This document shows positions 14,591-28,200 of a DNA stretch of 64,000 bases, piece by piece. The notes below the pieces were generated by a model. That model did not search any database, had not been told where the DNA came from, and saw only the letters and a list, made by a program, of their open reading frames with translations. The stretch lies in assembly GCF_964355755.1 (NCBI RefSeq), contig NC_092671.1, forward strand, positions 17,174,001-17,238,000. The letters run 5' to 3'. Source of the DNA: Antedon mediterranea (lineage: Eukaryota; Animalia; Echinodermata). Positions within the stretch are counted from its first letter, which is position 1, and the number at the start of each line of letters is the position of its first letter. The translations under genes and the position numbers were made by a program.

Positions 14591-15128
14591 AGATGTATTG
14601 TCCCTTGAAACACAAAAAAAAAAAAAATATTCTAAATTTAAATTGGCCATATCAAAGTAATATTAAAGTTATTCACTTTAAGTCGAAAATTTGAGCCAAA
14701 AACAAGTTTACGTAATTAACAGGTAAATTAATTTGATTACATTTCGTCTGGAAAATCTTCGCGAGCAAAAGTAAACAAAGATTTCAAACCATGAGTATGC
14801 ATTATGCATGATGCTAATTAGGATTGTTTACACCTCGTCACGGTTTAGAAGGTGTTCTCACACAGATTGCGAGAAAGTTTTATGATTATGCATACAGAGT
14901 AGCCAAACAAGCGCATTGCATTATGAGATATGTTTTGATCGAAAACTTTGACTGGAAGTCAAAGTTATTTTTTGAACAAAAAAACGTCTGTATTTCAGTT
15001 AAATGATTTTTTTGACTAATTTTTGGTGAAAGTTAAAAATTATTATGATACTTCAAAATGACCCACTTTTTTTTAAAATCTTCTTTTTTAATTTTTTTTG
15101 GGGAATTAGTCAAAGGGACAATACATCT
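14591..15128. mobile_element. Kolobok-like MITE, copy 2
   Basis: AGATGTATTGTCCCTT ... AAGGGACAATACATCT|TTAA; AG..CT termini with TTAA target. Confidence 0.75.
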
Positions 15129-17728
15129 TTAAGATTACTAGTACTAGAACGTTAAGCCTACTACCAGATACATTCCGTATATAATACATATACTCATCAT
15201 GAAACACAGAACATGATGATAAAATCATGTTGTGTAGGCTATTTCATTTCATTTATTTATTCGACATCAAAAGTTACTATAACATGATATGAGCTTGTTT
15301 GTGTGTAGTGTGTTGTGAACCTGCTACTTTAGGTTCAGAAGAGGTTCCTCCACATTTACAGGTTAAGAAAATATCCCCATATGAGACAACTGATTTTGGC
15401 TGTATTAACACACATATTATTGACACCGAGCCGATATTATTTCACTACTGATGTATGTATGACAAAAATAACTATAGAATCAAAATGAAAGGAAATATCA
15501 AACCAGTTTGATTGATTCTCAATCTTAATTAGGAATTATAATCAAAATTCACAACATAGTAAATTACAAACATTCTAATTATCTTCAATAATCATGGAAA
15601 ATGTATATAATGAAGATTTTATGGAAGCAAATTATGCCAATTGTTTTCTCGGAACTTCTTACGTTTAATGTAATAGTCATAATCTACGGTCTTAATTCAT
15701 AGTATATGAGTGTTTAACCTATTTCTCGTTATGTTTCATGAAATATCAACGGATTGAATGACGGGAGGCAAGTAAATTCATGAAACACTGTTAACCCAGC
15801 TCTGTTTGGAAATTACATTTATTAATGTAACTGTAGTAGCCTATTATTTATTTGGTATTATTCCTGTAATGGAGCATGGGTAGCATTTTCTTAATTATTA
15901 TATTTCTACATTGACAGTATCGCATAACCAATAATTAGTGTGATGTACTTTTCAGTAGAAAATGAAAAAAAAAGGCTAATTACTCGGGTATCTTCTAAAA
16001 TAAATGCAATAGTACAATGTTTCTTTAATGATGCCAGCTCATCAGCGTAAATACATTGTTTTCCTGCTGTATTCATGCGACATGATTACATCATTGAAAA
16101 AACGAAGCCACGTCAAGTTTGTGTACAGTTATTGTATCAATGAAGGAAGCGGAGTTCCTGTATTCAAAGCAACACATGTCATAGGCTTTTATTATGTTAA
16201 TAACATGCAAACCAACCTATCCTGCTGAAAATTGAATAAATAAATCACAATAATAAGTACGATCACAGGTCGGCAAGACAGAATACATAAAGATATAAAC
16301 AAATCATCTAAGTAATAAAATCGACACTTTATTGCATAAATACTTGTGAAAATCAATATTTTACAGAGTAATAAAATATTAAAATCAACCTCTGACAAAA
16401 AGAGGCTAAAAATTAACTACTGAACATTGTAATTTGTGAAATTTAGATACTCCTATGGTATCATGTGGTACCGGTAATGTAAACATATGCGCTCAATTAC
16501 ATTTTAGCGGGATGAATTCCTTGTCACTTCATTTATACGAATAGTGTCACTGAAAATGTTGAAATAAAAACTTTTACCGAAATAAATCAAGTTGTGTTCA
16601 CGTATTAAATGCTTTGAAATAATAATGATTTTTAATAGAACCGGTATTGCAAAGAAATACGTAATAATATTTACCGTATTTTTACAACTGGAAGGGCTTG
16701 GAGATTTAGATTTTAATAAAGTACAATCCGATTCATATAAAATAAACGCGAAAACATTTATTAAAATAAACATTTAGAAATAAATTAAAACTTGACGGCA
16801 TTTGGTTGTAAAATGTAATCATACATGTCATAAAACCTTTATAAACAGAAACAATAAAAACGACGTAAATCCCCGAAACAAAACAAAATGTTGATACTTG
16901 CAAATACATTCTATTTAGTAGGTTTGGGTTTAAAATAAGCAGAGTGAATCTAATTCAACCTGCTCAGCATTTAAAAACTTGAGAACTTAATTGCTCTAAC
17001 AAGATCAGATTGTTGTTGAAGCAGTAGCTGGGATCAAATTCGGCTGATATTTATTTATGGACAACGTAAATATCATTTAAATAAAAATGTGAAATTTAGA
17101 TCAAATACCAAACCAATACATGCAAATTAACCAAGACGAGGTAAATTACACAGGTATCAGTGATAATGTATAGTATTAGGGTTAGGGTTGAGAAAGGTTA
17201 TTTTAATTCCACAGCTAAAAATAGCGATCATTTTCGGGATTTTACTTTAGACTTTCAAAGAATTGTTTTGATAGTGTTATGTAACTTGGTACTGTATTGT
17301 TCATTTATTGTAATTTTCATAGGTTCTTCTCTCCATTTATGGAGGCATTTCTGAATGAAATTGAAGTTTACTTTAAACAACTTATTAGTCAGTCACCAGT
17401 GGATTAGTAAACTTTAAAATGTGTTAATAGAGAAATACATAAAACAATATTTAAAATATCATGAGCATGTCTTTTAAAATTAATTATTATGAAGTCCATA
17501 AGATACATATTAAATAAATAACAATTTCTTATTACAATCAAATTTATAAAAGAAGATATTTACCATTATGTTCATGAGGGGTTGTCTATATCTAGATGCA
17601 ATGATAAAAATGTATTTTTCATAATTATACAGTTTTTACATTTTCTTGTGTCCACCTTTCTTTTCAAAAACTTACATAAACTGACTTGGTGTACTGAAAG
17701 CATTTCTCAAATACATGACAGCATTATT

Positions 17729-18212
17729 AAGACATCGATAACACCATCAAAGACATCGATGAAACCACCATCAAAGATATCGATGGCACCATCAAAGACA
17801 TTAATGACACCATCAAAGACATCGATGACGCGATCAAAGACATCGATGACGCCATCAAAGACAGCATTATTAAGACATCGATGAAACCATCAAAGACATC
17901 GATGAAACCATCTAAGACTTCGATGAAACCATCAAAGACATCGATGACATAATCAAAGACATCGATGACACCACCAAAGACATCGATGACACCATCGATG
18001 ACGCCATCAAAGACATTGATGAAACCATCAAAGACATCGATGACACCATCAAAAACATCGATGACACCATTAAAGACATCGATGACATAATCAAAGACAT
18101 TAATGACATAATCAAAGACATCGATGACACCATCAAATACATTGACACCATCAACGACATCGATGACACCATCAAATACATTGACACCATCAACGATACA
18201 ATTAAAGACATT
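17729..18212. repeat. 21-bp minisatellite (GACATCGATGACACCATCAAA)n just downstream of the DBR1 stop
   Basis: Visible periodicity, roughly 20-25 degenerate units. Confidence 0.92.
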
Positions 18213-18452
18213 ACCCTTGGCATTTTGGCTTCAGTGTAAGATTGCATACATTTGTGCCCTTTGCTAATTAAAACTTCTACCAATTCATTAAACTTGTTAA
18301 TGTCAAATCTTTATCTAGAACAACTTCCATATGTACACAAATCCCCACCTCTACAAAAATCATTTGTTTTTATTTCAGCACCTGCTAACATTATACTGGG
18401 TTTGAGTACCTCCTTACAAACATGATGTGTTCTACCTGTAAGGCCACACACC

Positions 18453-18911
18453 TCACATATCTTCATCTTTGTTTTCATACATACTAACATTACGACGTTT
18501 GAATTTCTTTGCTCCTGGACTTGTTGAACTTGAACTTGTTTCTGTGTGCGAGTCAGTATGGTCTGTATCCTCCTCTTGTGATGAATATATGCTTTCATTG
18601 CGTCTTTTAAATTTTTCAAGAGAAGACGACGTAGAATGATCAGTGTCCGTATCGGCAGAGGTTTTTCCAGTATCTGTTGTGTTTCCAATGTCACTATCAA
18701 CCTCGCTATGCAAGATAACATCACTACTCGAATCCAATAACAGTGGATTTTTACAGGATTTCGAGTCATCTCTTTTTTTAATTGCTGCTAATATCTCTTC
18801 CTCTTCATCTTTAAACTCATCTTCCAAAAATAAAATTTTCTTCTCTTCTATTACCTCTTTAACTTTATCATCATCATCTTCAACATCATCATCATCCTCG
18901 TCATCATCATC

Positions 18912-18944
<33 letters not shown>

Positions 18945-19281
18945 TTCTTCTTCTTCTAAAGAGATTTCATCAGGATTTACAGATGTCTCTAAAATTGTAT
19001 CATCGATAAAGTCATCATTGATTGAAATCTCTGCAACATTATCATCAGGCATTGAATTAGCATCTCCATCTATGAGATAAAATGGATCTGTAAGACCAAG
19101 ATTAGCGCAGAATTCTGTGGTTTGTGGATTCACGCATGCACTTGGTTGTTGTGCTCTACCCTTAGAGTTCGCTGGGTTATATGCAGACGCCGTTTTTGTA
19201 AAATTGTCCGGTACTTGTACACTGTCTCCCATCGCCTTTCTGGCAGCCTCAATCTGATCTTCAGTTACGCTATAATCATAC
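18453..19281 (-). CDS. DBR1: DBR1 terminal coding exon 9 (C-terminal domain and acidic tail)
   Basis: Acceptor TTGTTTTAG; [27 protein letters not shown]...[13 protein letters not shown]...NPDEISL, poly-D tract, two KFKRRN motifs, stop ending at 18453. Confidence 0.93.
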
Positions 19282-22200
19282 CTAAAACAAAATATTAATA
19301 AAACATAAAGACAACCAGATTATGAATATCCAAGCTCCTCACCAAAGGTCAAATACAACAACCACTACAGCTGAAAGCTGAATTCTTCAATACATGGATA
19401 GGGACTTTTCGATTTGAATGAAAGTGCATATGTACGTGGATAGTCATTTTGACACACCAGTGAATGAATGATACAATGACCATTGTAATCTAGTGTGCGT
19501 GGTGCTATTCCACTGGGCCAATGTTAGCATAGGCATAGTGTTTGCAACGTGGCCTATATCCTAAATTCCTTAAGTAAAGCTTGGTGTTACGAACTAGGCC
19601 CTAACCTGTATTATTAAAATAACCACTGAAATGCATACTGTATCCCCAGAAAATCATTGCAAGATCAAGCCATGATGTTTATAAACATTTGCAATGCTAT
19701 GATGTCATATTCCCACTCGTAGTCAAGAGAGCGAACGGAAAAATGCCACTGAAAACTCTCAAACTTAGCAGTTGACATGCCAGTGGACTTGCGCATGCTT
19801 AAATCATATAAATAACATCATAGGGTATCAGACTACATTATGGGCATGTAAATCGAAAAGGCTATCTGTGTGAACGAGTGCTTTCACAGATAACATAACA
19901 ATATACAGTTATGCTTATTCACATTCTGTTAAAAACTGTTTCTGTTTACAAAAGAAATTGTCAGAACAGAAAACACAGAAAAATTATACTGTCTATTATC
20001 GATGGTCTCAATGTTTCAAATATAAAATCGTTAAAAAGATGTTGATTTGTTTTATCTTTTTGCTGCCTTAAACAATAAAACTACAGGATTAGTCTTTGAT
20101 AGGATATTTTAGTGATTTGACATTTCAACTGTATTTTTATTTACTATTAAACATTTACATACTGTCATCTTGAATTGTCGGCTGAATACAAACATTAACA
20201 AAGGATCAATATGTGATTACTGCACATTCAGTAATTTCAGATTTCATCAAAACATTTATACTAATGTGGCAATACAGAAAATGATAACAATTAAATATTT
20301 TTATATTCAAAATTTTTTTTCTCCAATCAGTGCATTAGGAGATCTACTAGATAGTGATTTAATTAGATGCGCTTTTTGGGAATCCGGTCTGTTGGTTGTG
20401 TGTTGTTTTCTTGTTCCTTCGCTTGCGTACCATCTACAGTAGTTAATACATAATTTTATGTATCGTTTTGAGGCAAAAATAAATTGTCAAAATGAAATGA
20501 AAGAATTTGAAAAGGTTTAAGGTCAAAGTAATATGTAAATATAAATTTATTTATTCTGGTCCTCAAGCTTAACTGGAAACTGAGGACATTTGTATTAGCC
20601 CCTCCACGGCAGACAGCAGTGCAGCGCCTACGCAGAACAGCACACCAGGAGACCATCCCCTACTCTTTTTAAATAGTGTACCAAGTTCTTTAACATGCAC
20701 TATATGTACATGGGACCAATGGCTAAAAATCCAATCTGAAGGACGAGATAATGACAGTAAAGCATCTTGCCTAACTAAGGATGCAATCAGTATGGCTCGA
20801 ACCCATGCCTAACACATGTTAGTCTGATATCATCACTCTCTAATACATAATATACAGCACCCAACGCAATTCCCAGACGTTCTCCCATCCAGGAAGCAAC
20901 CAGGCCCAACGTTGCCAACTTTGGTGACCTGATGGGAACCGGTGTTTCAATGCAGTATGGTCGTATTACAAAAAAAAAAAAATTGGTTTTGTTTATGTAT
21001 TTTTACGCGAGTATGTACTACGTATTTGGATTTGGTACAAAATTTTGTTTTTAGTTTAAATTAATGATCGATTTATTATAAAAACCTATGACAAATATAT
21101 GTAGAAATGCAAATTACTGTTGAAAAGACAAAAGTTAAAAGACTTGACATAGTTGTCTTAGCAAGCAACACAAATACTGTCTACATTATTTGATACCTAA
21201 ATGGCATTTAGTGCAACATTAAGTGCTGTATTATTGACATAACAGCTTCATATAACATGGAAACAAAACAATGGCACTGCCTTTATGGACAGGGTACAAC
21301 TGAATCGACACGTTGACCTACATATACTGATTTTAGCAAATATATTCTAGACTATAAAACATCATATTAATGGAAAATTCTAAAAGAAAATCTTTGAAAC
21401 AGGGCGACAAATTGAAATTCTATCAAGTGTGAGTTACAATGCTTTTGTTCACTCTATTCTAAATATCAAAAGATATTTCTCCTAGAAAAATTAATTTTTT
21501 ATTTCATGTAATGATTCTCTACAATTTTGAAGACTGATAAATTCAAAACCTACACAAGAAAACAACAAAATCAGTAAAACAATGCTACACCTACTTTTAA
21601 CGAAAAGTCTAAAACATTCGAAGCGGCAGCACTCCAATTTTATATGCGGAGGAAAAACAATTAAAGAAGGCTCCCGCACACTACAGATGTCAAACAATAA
21701 GTCAATAACGGAGTAGCGCAAAGTCAACTCGGCCCCAAGTCAAGTCGGCCCCAAGTCAAGTCGGCCTCAAGTCAACTTGGCCAAAAACTAATCGATCAAC
21801 TAGGCCCCATTAAAGTATGGAACGCAAAAAGTTCAAATAGTTAATATTATAATGGTAGGTATAGTAAGGTTGGGCCTACACATAGGCCTAAAAAAATAAA
21901 ACGGAAAATTCAATATAAATTATAACACACTCGGTCATTTTTTATTGATAGGTAGGCCCCTAGCCTAGTATTTATTTATATATTAATATTATTAGTTGTG
22001 ATGTTAGCCTCACAGTATGTGTTTGTTACTATTAGGTATATATTTTGAGACAAGGATGAATCGAAATATTCTTAGATATAGGCTTAGTCTAGATAGATAT
22101 TATTAGATTAATACAGTAAAATAAAATGTTAATAAATTTAAAAACTATATACGTATATTTAAAATTACTTTATTCTTTTATCAATGCACATTGCTTTTGC

Positions 22201-25200
22201 GTTCCAATTAATTGGGCCGAGTTGACCGATTAGTTTTTGGCCAAGTTGATGTGAGACCGAGTTGAGGCGGAGTTAATTTAAGGCCGAGTTGATTTAAGGC
22301 CGAGTTGATTTAAGGCAGAGTTGACGTAAGGCAGAGTTGACGTGGGGCCGAGTGGACGTGGGGCCGATTGACGTGGGGCCGAATTGACTAGGGGCCGACT
22401 TGACTTTGGCCGAGACAGTTTAGGGCCGAGTTGGATCGAATTTGTTATAAAATCTATTGTTTTTAACTGGTTTATCAAGAAAGGTGATCACTTACTTTGC
22501 ATTGTATCCCTTAGCTGGCATATGTACCTGATTTGGTGATGCGGTCAATAGGCCATTAGTTAGTTGTAAGATAGCTAACCATTCTACATCGTAACACAGT
22601 GTATATGGCTCATCTTCCTTGCAAGGTATGTCCAATATCTATAAAAAAAAAAACAGTTACATTATCTCACATTTTAGCCCGTTTTTAAAAACGTTTTCTA
22701 AAATGTTTTTTTGTGATTTCATATCTCAGAATAGACTCAGTAGAACAATACCACATAGGCCATGGATGAAAATTTAATTTTAGTTCATGGACTATACCAT
22801 TTGTGGAGAGGGGTGTTTAATGAAAATTTCTACTTTTCAAGTTAAATCTCGCTCTTCAAGAAGAAAGGCCTATTGTCGGTTTATCCAGGTAAGCTAGCCA
22901 CGAAATAGACATAATTTTAATTCCCACATGACAATGCCAACTGCATGCAGTATGGACTTTCATAAATCATAAATTGCATGCCAGGAGACCATTTTGTTAA
23001 AATAAGAAAACAAGTTTACATTCACACATCAAACATTCTTTAAATAAATTTCTTTTTTAGGAAACAATATCCAAAAAAAGAATCTTAAGAAAATATATAA
23101 ATCTTGTATAAGAGATTGCTGGAGGGAAGTAATACATCACTATTGACAACAAATAATACAAACATGACAAGTTTATCCTTCAGTGACTAATCACAAGACA
23201 TAAATAGATCACACTTCGATAGAAGTTTTCAAAGTGATATTCATTTTGTTTCATTATTAATTATTATACAAATAATGTTTTTTTAATGTTTATGAATTCG
23301 ATGGTACAAATAATTTCATGAGGTGAAAATAGAATTTCATATTTCACCGATTGCAAGTATTTGTACCATCACACGAATATAAAAATGAATTATTATTAAT
23401 TATTTGTTTTATATAATATCTAAATAGATTCTCGTCATTGCCATTGTTCTGATCTTGTTACTATGAATGAGAAATTGCATCGTGTGCGTCGCCGTTACCA
23501 TCAGAACAGACGATGCTGCTATTGGATCCCACGCAGAGTTTTTTTTCCGTAAGCGACAATATTTTTTTAGTACATAAAAAATTGGAAAAAATTACTATTA
23601 CACGATCATTAAATAGTACATACTATTGCATGCCATGTTACCCACAATCGACCAATCAAACGGCAGGAATTAATTTAGGCATTATATAATATAATTTATT
23701 AGGAGTAGATCCATTCTACGGGCTAGTTTTCGAGTGTATTATTCATAGTACACCATCTCAACATTTTTATAGAAACTTAAATGTAAAATGTACCCCAATC
23801 TTTTCAAATAGCAAGAATACAATGAATAAATACAATGAACGTAGTGTATTAGTTGAGAGTAGACCAAATTTCACAGTAAAAGACTTGTCAAACATTTGAC
23901 GAAATAAAGCATAAATGTTAATTTGTCATGGCAATATATATTTACATTTACCCATACAGATATTGTTTTAAAATATGTATAAATTGTAAATATAGAAACT
24001 TGTTCCTGTAATGAATATACGGTACTGTATGCTCTGAATCTCAAGTGTATGTTCTTAATTTAGTAACTAGTAAAGAGAGTTGATTGTGTCCTTGAGGATA
24101 CTCTATTTATATCTTTTATTTCCATCATTCTTCTAATTGTCATTTATGGCCTCTTTTCATGTAATCAAGTATGTAAATAATAATTACTAAAAATTTTATT
24201 TGAAAGAACTATTTTTCATATGGAATTTAACATTTATATTTGTAGTCTTTTTTGTTTGTTTTATTTTTTTATACAGTAACACCTAAATAGTCATTTAAAC
24301 TGAAGATTGTAGGTCACATGATACTAAAATAAGTGCACTATTCCACTCTCACGGGTGTTATATTCAATGTGCTGGAAGCAATCGACGATCGACACAGGCT
24401 TGATCGCATCACAAACAACAACAATGGCGCCTTTGTTGAAACTTTTCTTTGTTGAATGACAATGAAAATTCTAAATTACATAATGATGTAGACTAAAACC
24501 TGTTTTCCTGTCGACGTTATTTGACGCTATCGTTAACAATAATCGGCAATCTTCTACGTAAACATTGAAATGTTAACGATTTACAGGAAAAGGTACTCGC
24601 TATCATTTCAACTTGATCGTTTTCAAACGATTGACGTTGAACTGTAAACGATCAACGACGATAGCGTTGAATAATGTCGACAGGAAAACAGGCTTAAAAA
24701 AACACACACAAAAACTATGTGGTCAGTAGGCTAGAGGCCTTTTCAAAAGCTTCAGTTAAAACTTTGGTGGATGTAGAAAGCCAAACTAAGAAAATGCATG
24801 GACAGAATGGAAAATTATACACAAGAACACGGGCCTTGATCATCATCATATTCATCGCTAGCGTGCTAGCAATACTGTTTCTAACATCCCCCGTAGTTCA
24901 CTGTTTTCCTGACAAGACTCCCTCATAAAATGCTCAATTTTGTCAAGATGGTTATCAACCGTAGGTGTTTCTGAGACAGGTTTTTGTTTTGATTTAGTGG
25001 ATTTATGTTTAGAATCATGTACCAGTTCCCCGTGCTGGGAAGCTACTGATACATCAGCGGGAGAAGCCGGTCCGGACGGGGTGACCTTCCTGAGTTATCC
25101 ACTATGCGTCATAGTTACCGGCACCTCGGGGGCGGTATTATTCCCGCTATTAATTAGCACGCCTGGCCTCGCAGGGTCGGCAAAACCTGTCAATGTTTCT

Positions 25201-28200
25201 GTCAATATTCTAGGCCTAGGTCAATCTGAATGTACCTTTCCTTCAATCAAAATGAAATGACTGATTAGATGTAATATGAAACAAATAATGAATGTTTTTT
25301 TATTCATGGTACAAATAATTTCATGAGGTAAAAGATGAAATTTCATTTTCACCTGGTTTTCATCTCATGAAATTATTTGTACCATTCCACTAATAAACAT
25401 TCATTAGTTGATTATTAGGCAAGTGATTGTCATCACCACCACCATAATTGTTAATCTTAATCACTATCATCTCTATTGTCATAATTTTCATCAACATCAT
25501 CATGAAAATCATCTTTTTTGACTGTTAGTGTTACAAAACAAATGAAATGAGACCTGAAGGAATTGACGTCTTGGTAAACATTTGTCTAAAGCAAGAAATT
25601 TTGTCTTCTTTTCTCTTCCATCACTGTTCTGGAAAAAAAAAATGGAAAATACAAAATGATTAACAATAAAATACAGTACAAGGCTACACCAACAAAATGG
25701 AATGCTATTTCTAACTGCATCTTTACTGACGAACTTTGACATGAAGAGGATTCTAAAGTGTAGCAAAGGCCCGTGGTCTTTAAATTAGGACTATCAAGAG
25801 AGGCCAAGAGCAGATGCCTAGAGCACCTCAGGCCAGGGATTCTTATGATCCTAGCAAACACTTTTTGGGCTATCAAGAGCAGGTGCCTAGAGCACCTCAG
25901 GCTAGTAATTCCCATGATCCTAGCAAACACTTTGTGGACAATCAAGAGAGGCCATGAGCAGGTACCTAGAGCACCTCAGGCCATACAAGAGAGGCGAAGA
26001 GCAGATGCCTATAGCACCTTAGGCCAGTTAATTCCCATGATCCTAGCAAACACTTTGTGGACAATCAAGAGAGGCCAAGATCAGATGCCTATAGCACCTC
26101 AGGCCAGTGATTCCCATGATCCTAGCAAACATGTTGTGGACTATCAAGAAAGGCAAAGAGCAGATGCCTATGGCACCTTAGGCCATAAGAGAGAGGCCAA
26201 GATCAGATGCCTAATAGCACCTCAGGCCAGTGATTCCCATGATCCTAGCAAACATGTTGTGGACTATCAAGAGAGGCAAAGATCAGATGGCAAGAGCACC
26301 TCAGGCCAGTGATTCCCATGATCCTAGCAAACACTTTGTGTACTATCAAGAGAGGCCAATAGCAGATGCCAAGAGCACCTCAGGCCATACAAGAGAGGCC
26401 AAGATCAGATGCCTAATAGCACCTTAGGCCAGTGATTCCCATGATTCTAGCAAACACTTTGTGTACTATCAAGAGAGGCCAATAGCAGATGCCAAGAGCA
26501 CCTCAGGCCATACAAGAGAGGCCAAGATCAGATGCCTAATAGCACCTCAGGCCAGTGATTCCCATGATCCTAGCAAACACTTTGTGGTCTATCAAGAGAG
26601 ACCAATAGCAGATGCCAAGAGCACCTCAGGCCAGTGATTCCCATGATCCTAGCAAACACTTTGTGGTCTATCAAGAGAGGCCAATAGCAGATGCCAAGAG
26701 CACCTCAGGCCAGTGATTCCCATGATCCTAGCAAACACTTTGTGTACTATCAAGAGAGGCCAATAGTAGATGCCAAGAGCACATCAGGCCATACAAGAGA
26801 GGCCAAGAGCAGATGCCTAATAGCACCTTAGACCAGGGATTCCCATGATCCTAGCAAACACTTTGTGTACTATCAAGAGAGGCCAATAGCAGATGCCAAG
26901 AGCACCTCAGGTCATACAAGAGAGGCCAAGAGCAGATGCCTAGAGCACCTTAGGCCAGTGATTCCCATGATCCTAGCAAACACTTTGTGTACTATTAAGA
27001 GAGGCCAATAGCAGATGCCTATAGCACCTCAGGCCAGGGATTTCCATGATCCTAGCAAACACTTTGTGGACCACCATCAAGAGCGGCCACAAGCAGATGC
27101 ATAGAACACCTCAGGCCAGGGATTCCCATGATCCTAGCAAACACTTTGTGGACCACCATCAAGAGCGGCCACAAGCAGATGCATAGAACACCTCAGGCCA
27201 GGGATTCCCATGATCCTAGCAAACACTTTGTGGACCACCATCAAGAGCGGCCACAAGCAGATGCATAGAACACCTCAGGCCAGGGATTCCCATGATCCTA
27301 GCCAACACTTTGTGGACCACCATCAAGAGCGGCCACAAGCAGATGCATAGAACACCTCAGGCCAGGGATTCCCATGATCCTAGCAAACACTTTGTGGACT
27401 ATTAAGAGCGGCCAAAAGCAGAAGATACATAGAACACCTCAGACCAGGAATTCCTATGATCTATTCAAACTTTGTGTACGATCAAGAGAGGCCAAGAAAA
27501 GAAGCCTAGAGAACCTCAGGCCAGGGATTCCCATGATCCTAGCAAACACTTTGTGGGCTATCAAAAGAGGCCACTTAGAGCAGATGCCTAGTGCACCTCA
27601 GGCCAGTGATTCCTATGATCTATAAAAACGTTGTGTACTATTAAGAGAGGCCAAGAGAAGAAGCTTAGAGCACCTCAGGCCAGTGATATTTAATCCTTGA
27701 TCTGTCTAAAAACTGCCTAATTAAACGTAATTTGCTACATCTATGTATTCTATTCATTTAAAAACAAACTTGGGAATCAAACAAGGCCAATAATGTCTAT
27801 GTTGTATAATAGTGAATATTAAAAATTTACTGTATGCTAAATTTAAAACCTTTTAGTAAATTGCTTAACTTGAACCTTTTTAGTAAATTAGAACTCTTTT
27901 TTATATAACATGTATACATCATTAATAGTTTTTGAATAATCTTTATAAAACCTTACCGTACACAAAAAACGTTGCCACATAAACTACCTAATAGTAATAC
28001 AGTCAACTCTCTAAATACTGGACTCCCAATACCAAGTCCAAAAAGTCCCAAATTCATTTTTACCATTAAAAACACATTCCAAATACCAGACTTTCTAGAA
28101 AACCAGAAATATTTGACCGGCCCAAAGGTATTCCGGTACTGGGAGAGTTGACTGTATTACATATATATATATATATATACATTATATTATATTTAAAAAA

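Noticed and set aside
4400-17700. Protein-coding exons in the left intergenic region
   Set aside because: Only short, compositionally biased ORFs with no recognisable domains or consistent splice phases; small exons could have been missed by eye
17582-18283. Repetitive ORFs (PSKTSMT / SSMSLMV)
   Set aside because: By-products of the 21-bp minisatellite
18311-19080. Overlapping 152-aa and poly-Ser 145-aa ORFs
   Set aside because: Alternative-frame and antisense shadows of DBR1 exon 9
20851-20965. Functional 5S rRNA gene
   Set aside because: Many substitutions, no T-run terminator after the 3' end, fused to a SINE body
25773-27625. Plus-strand ORFs of 179, 65 and 83 aa
   Set aside because: Translations of the 79-bp minisatellite
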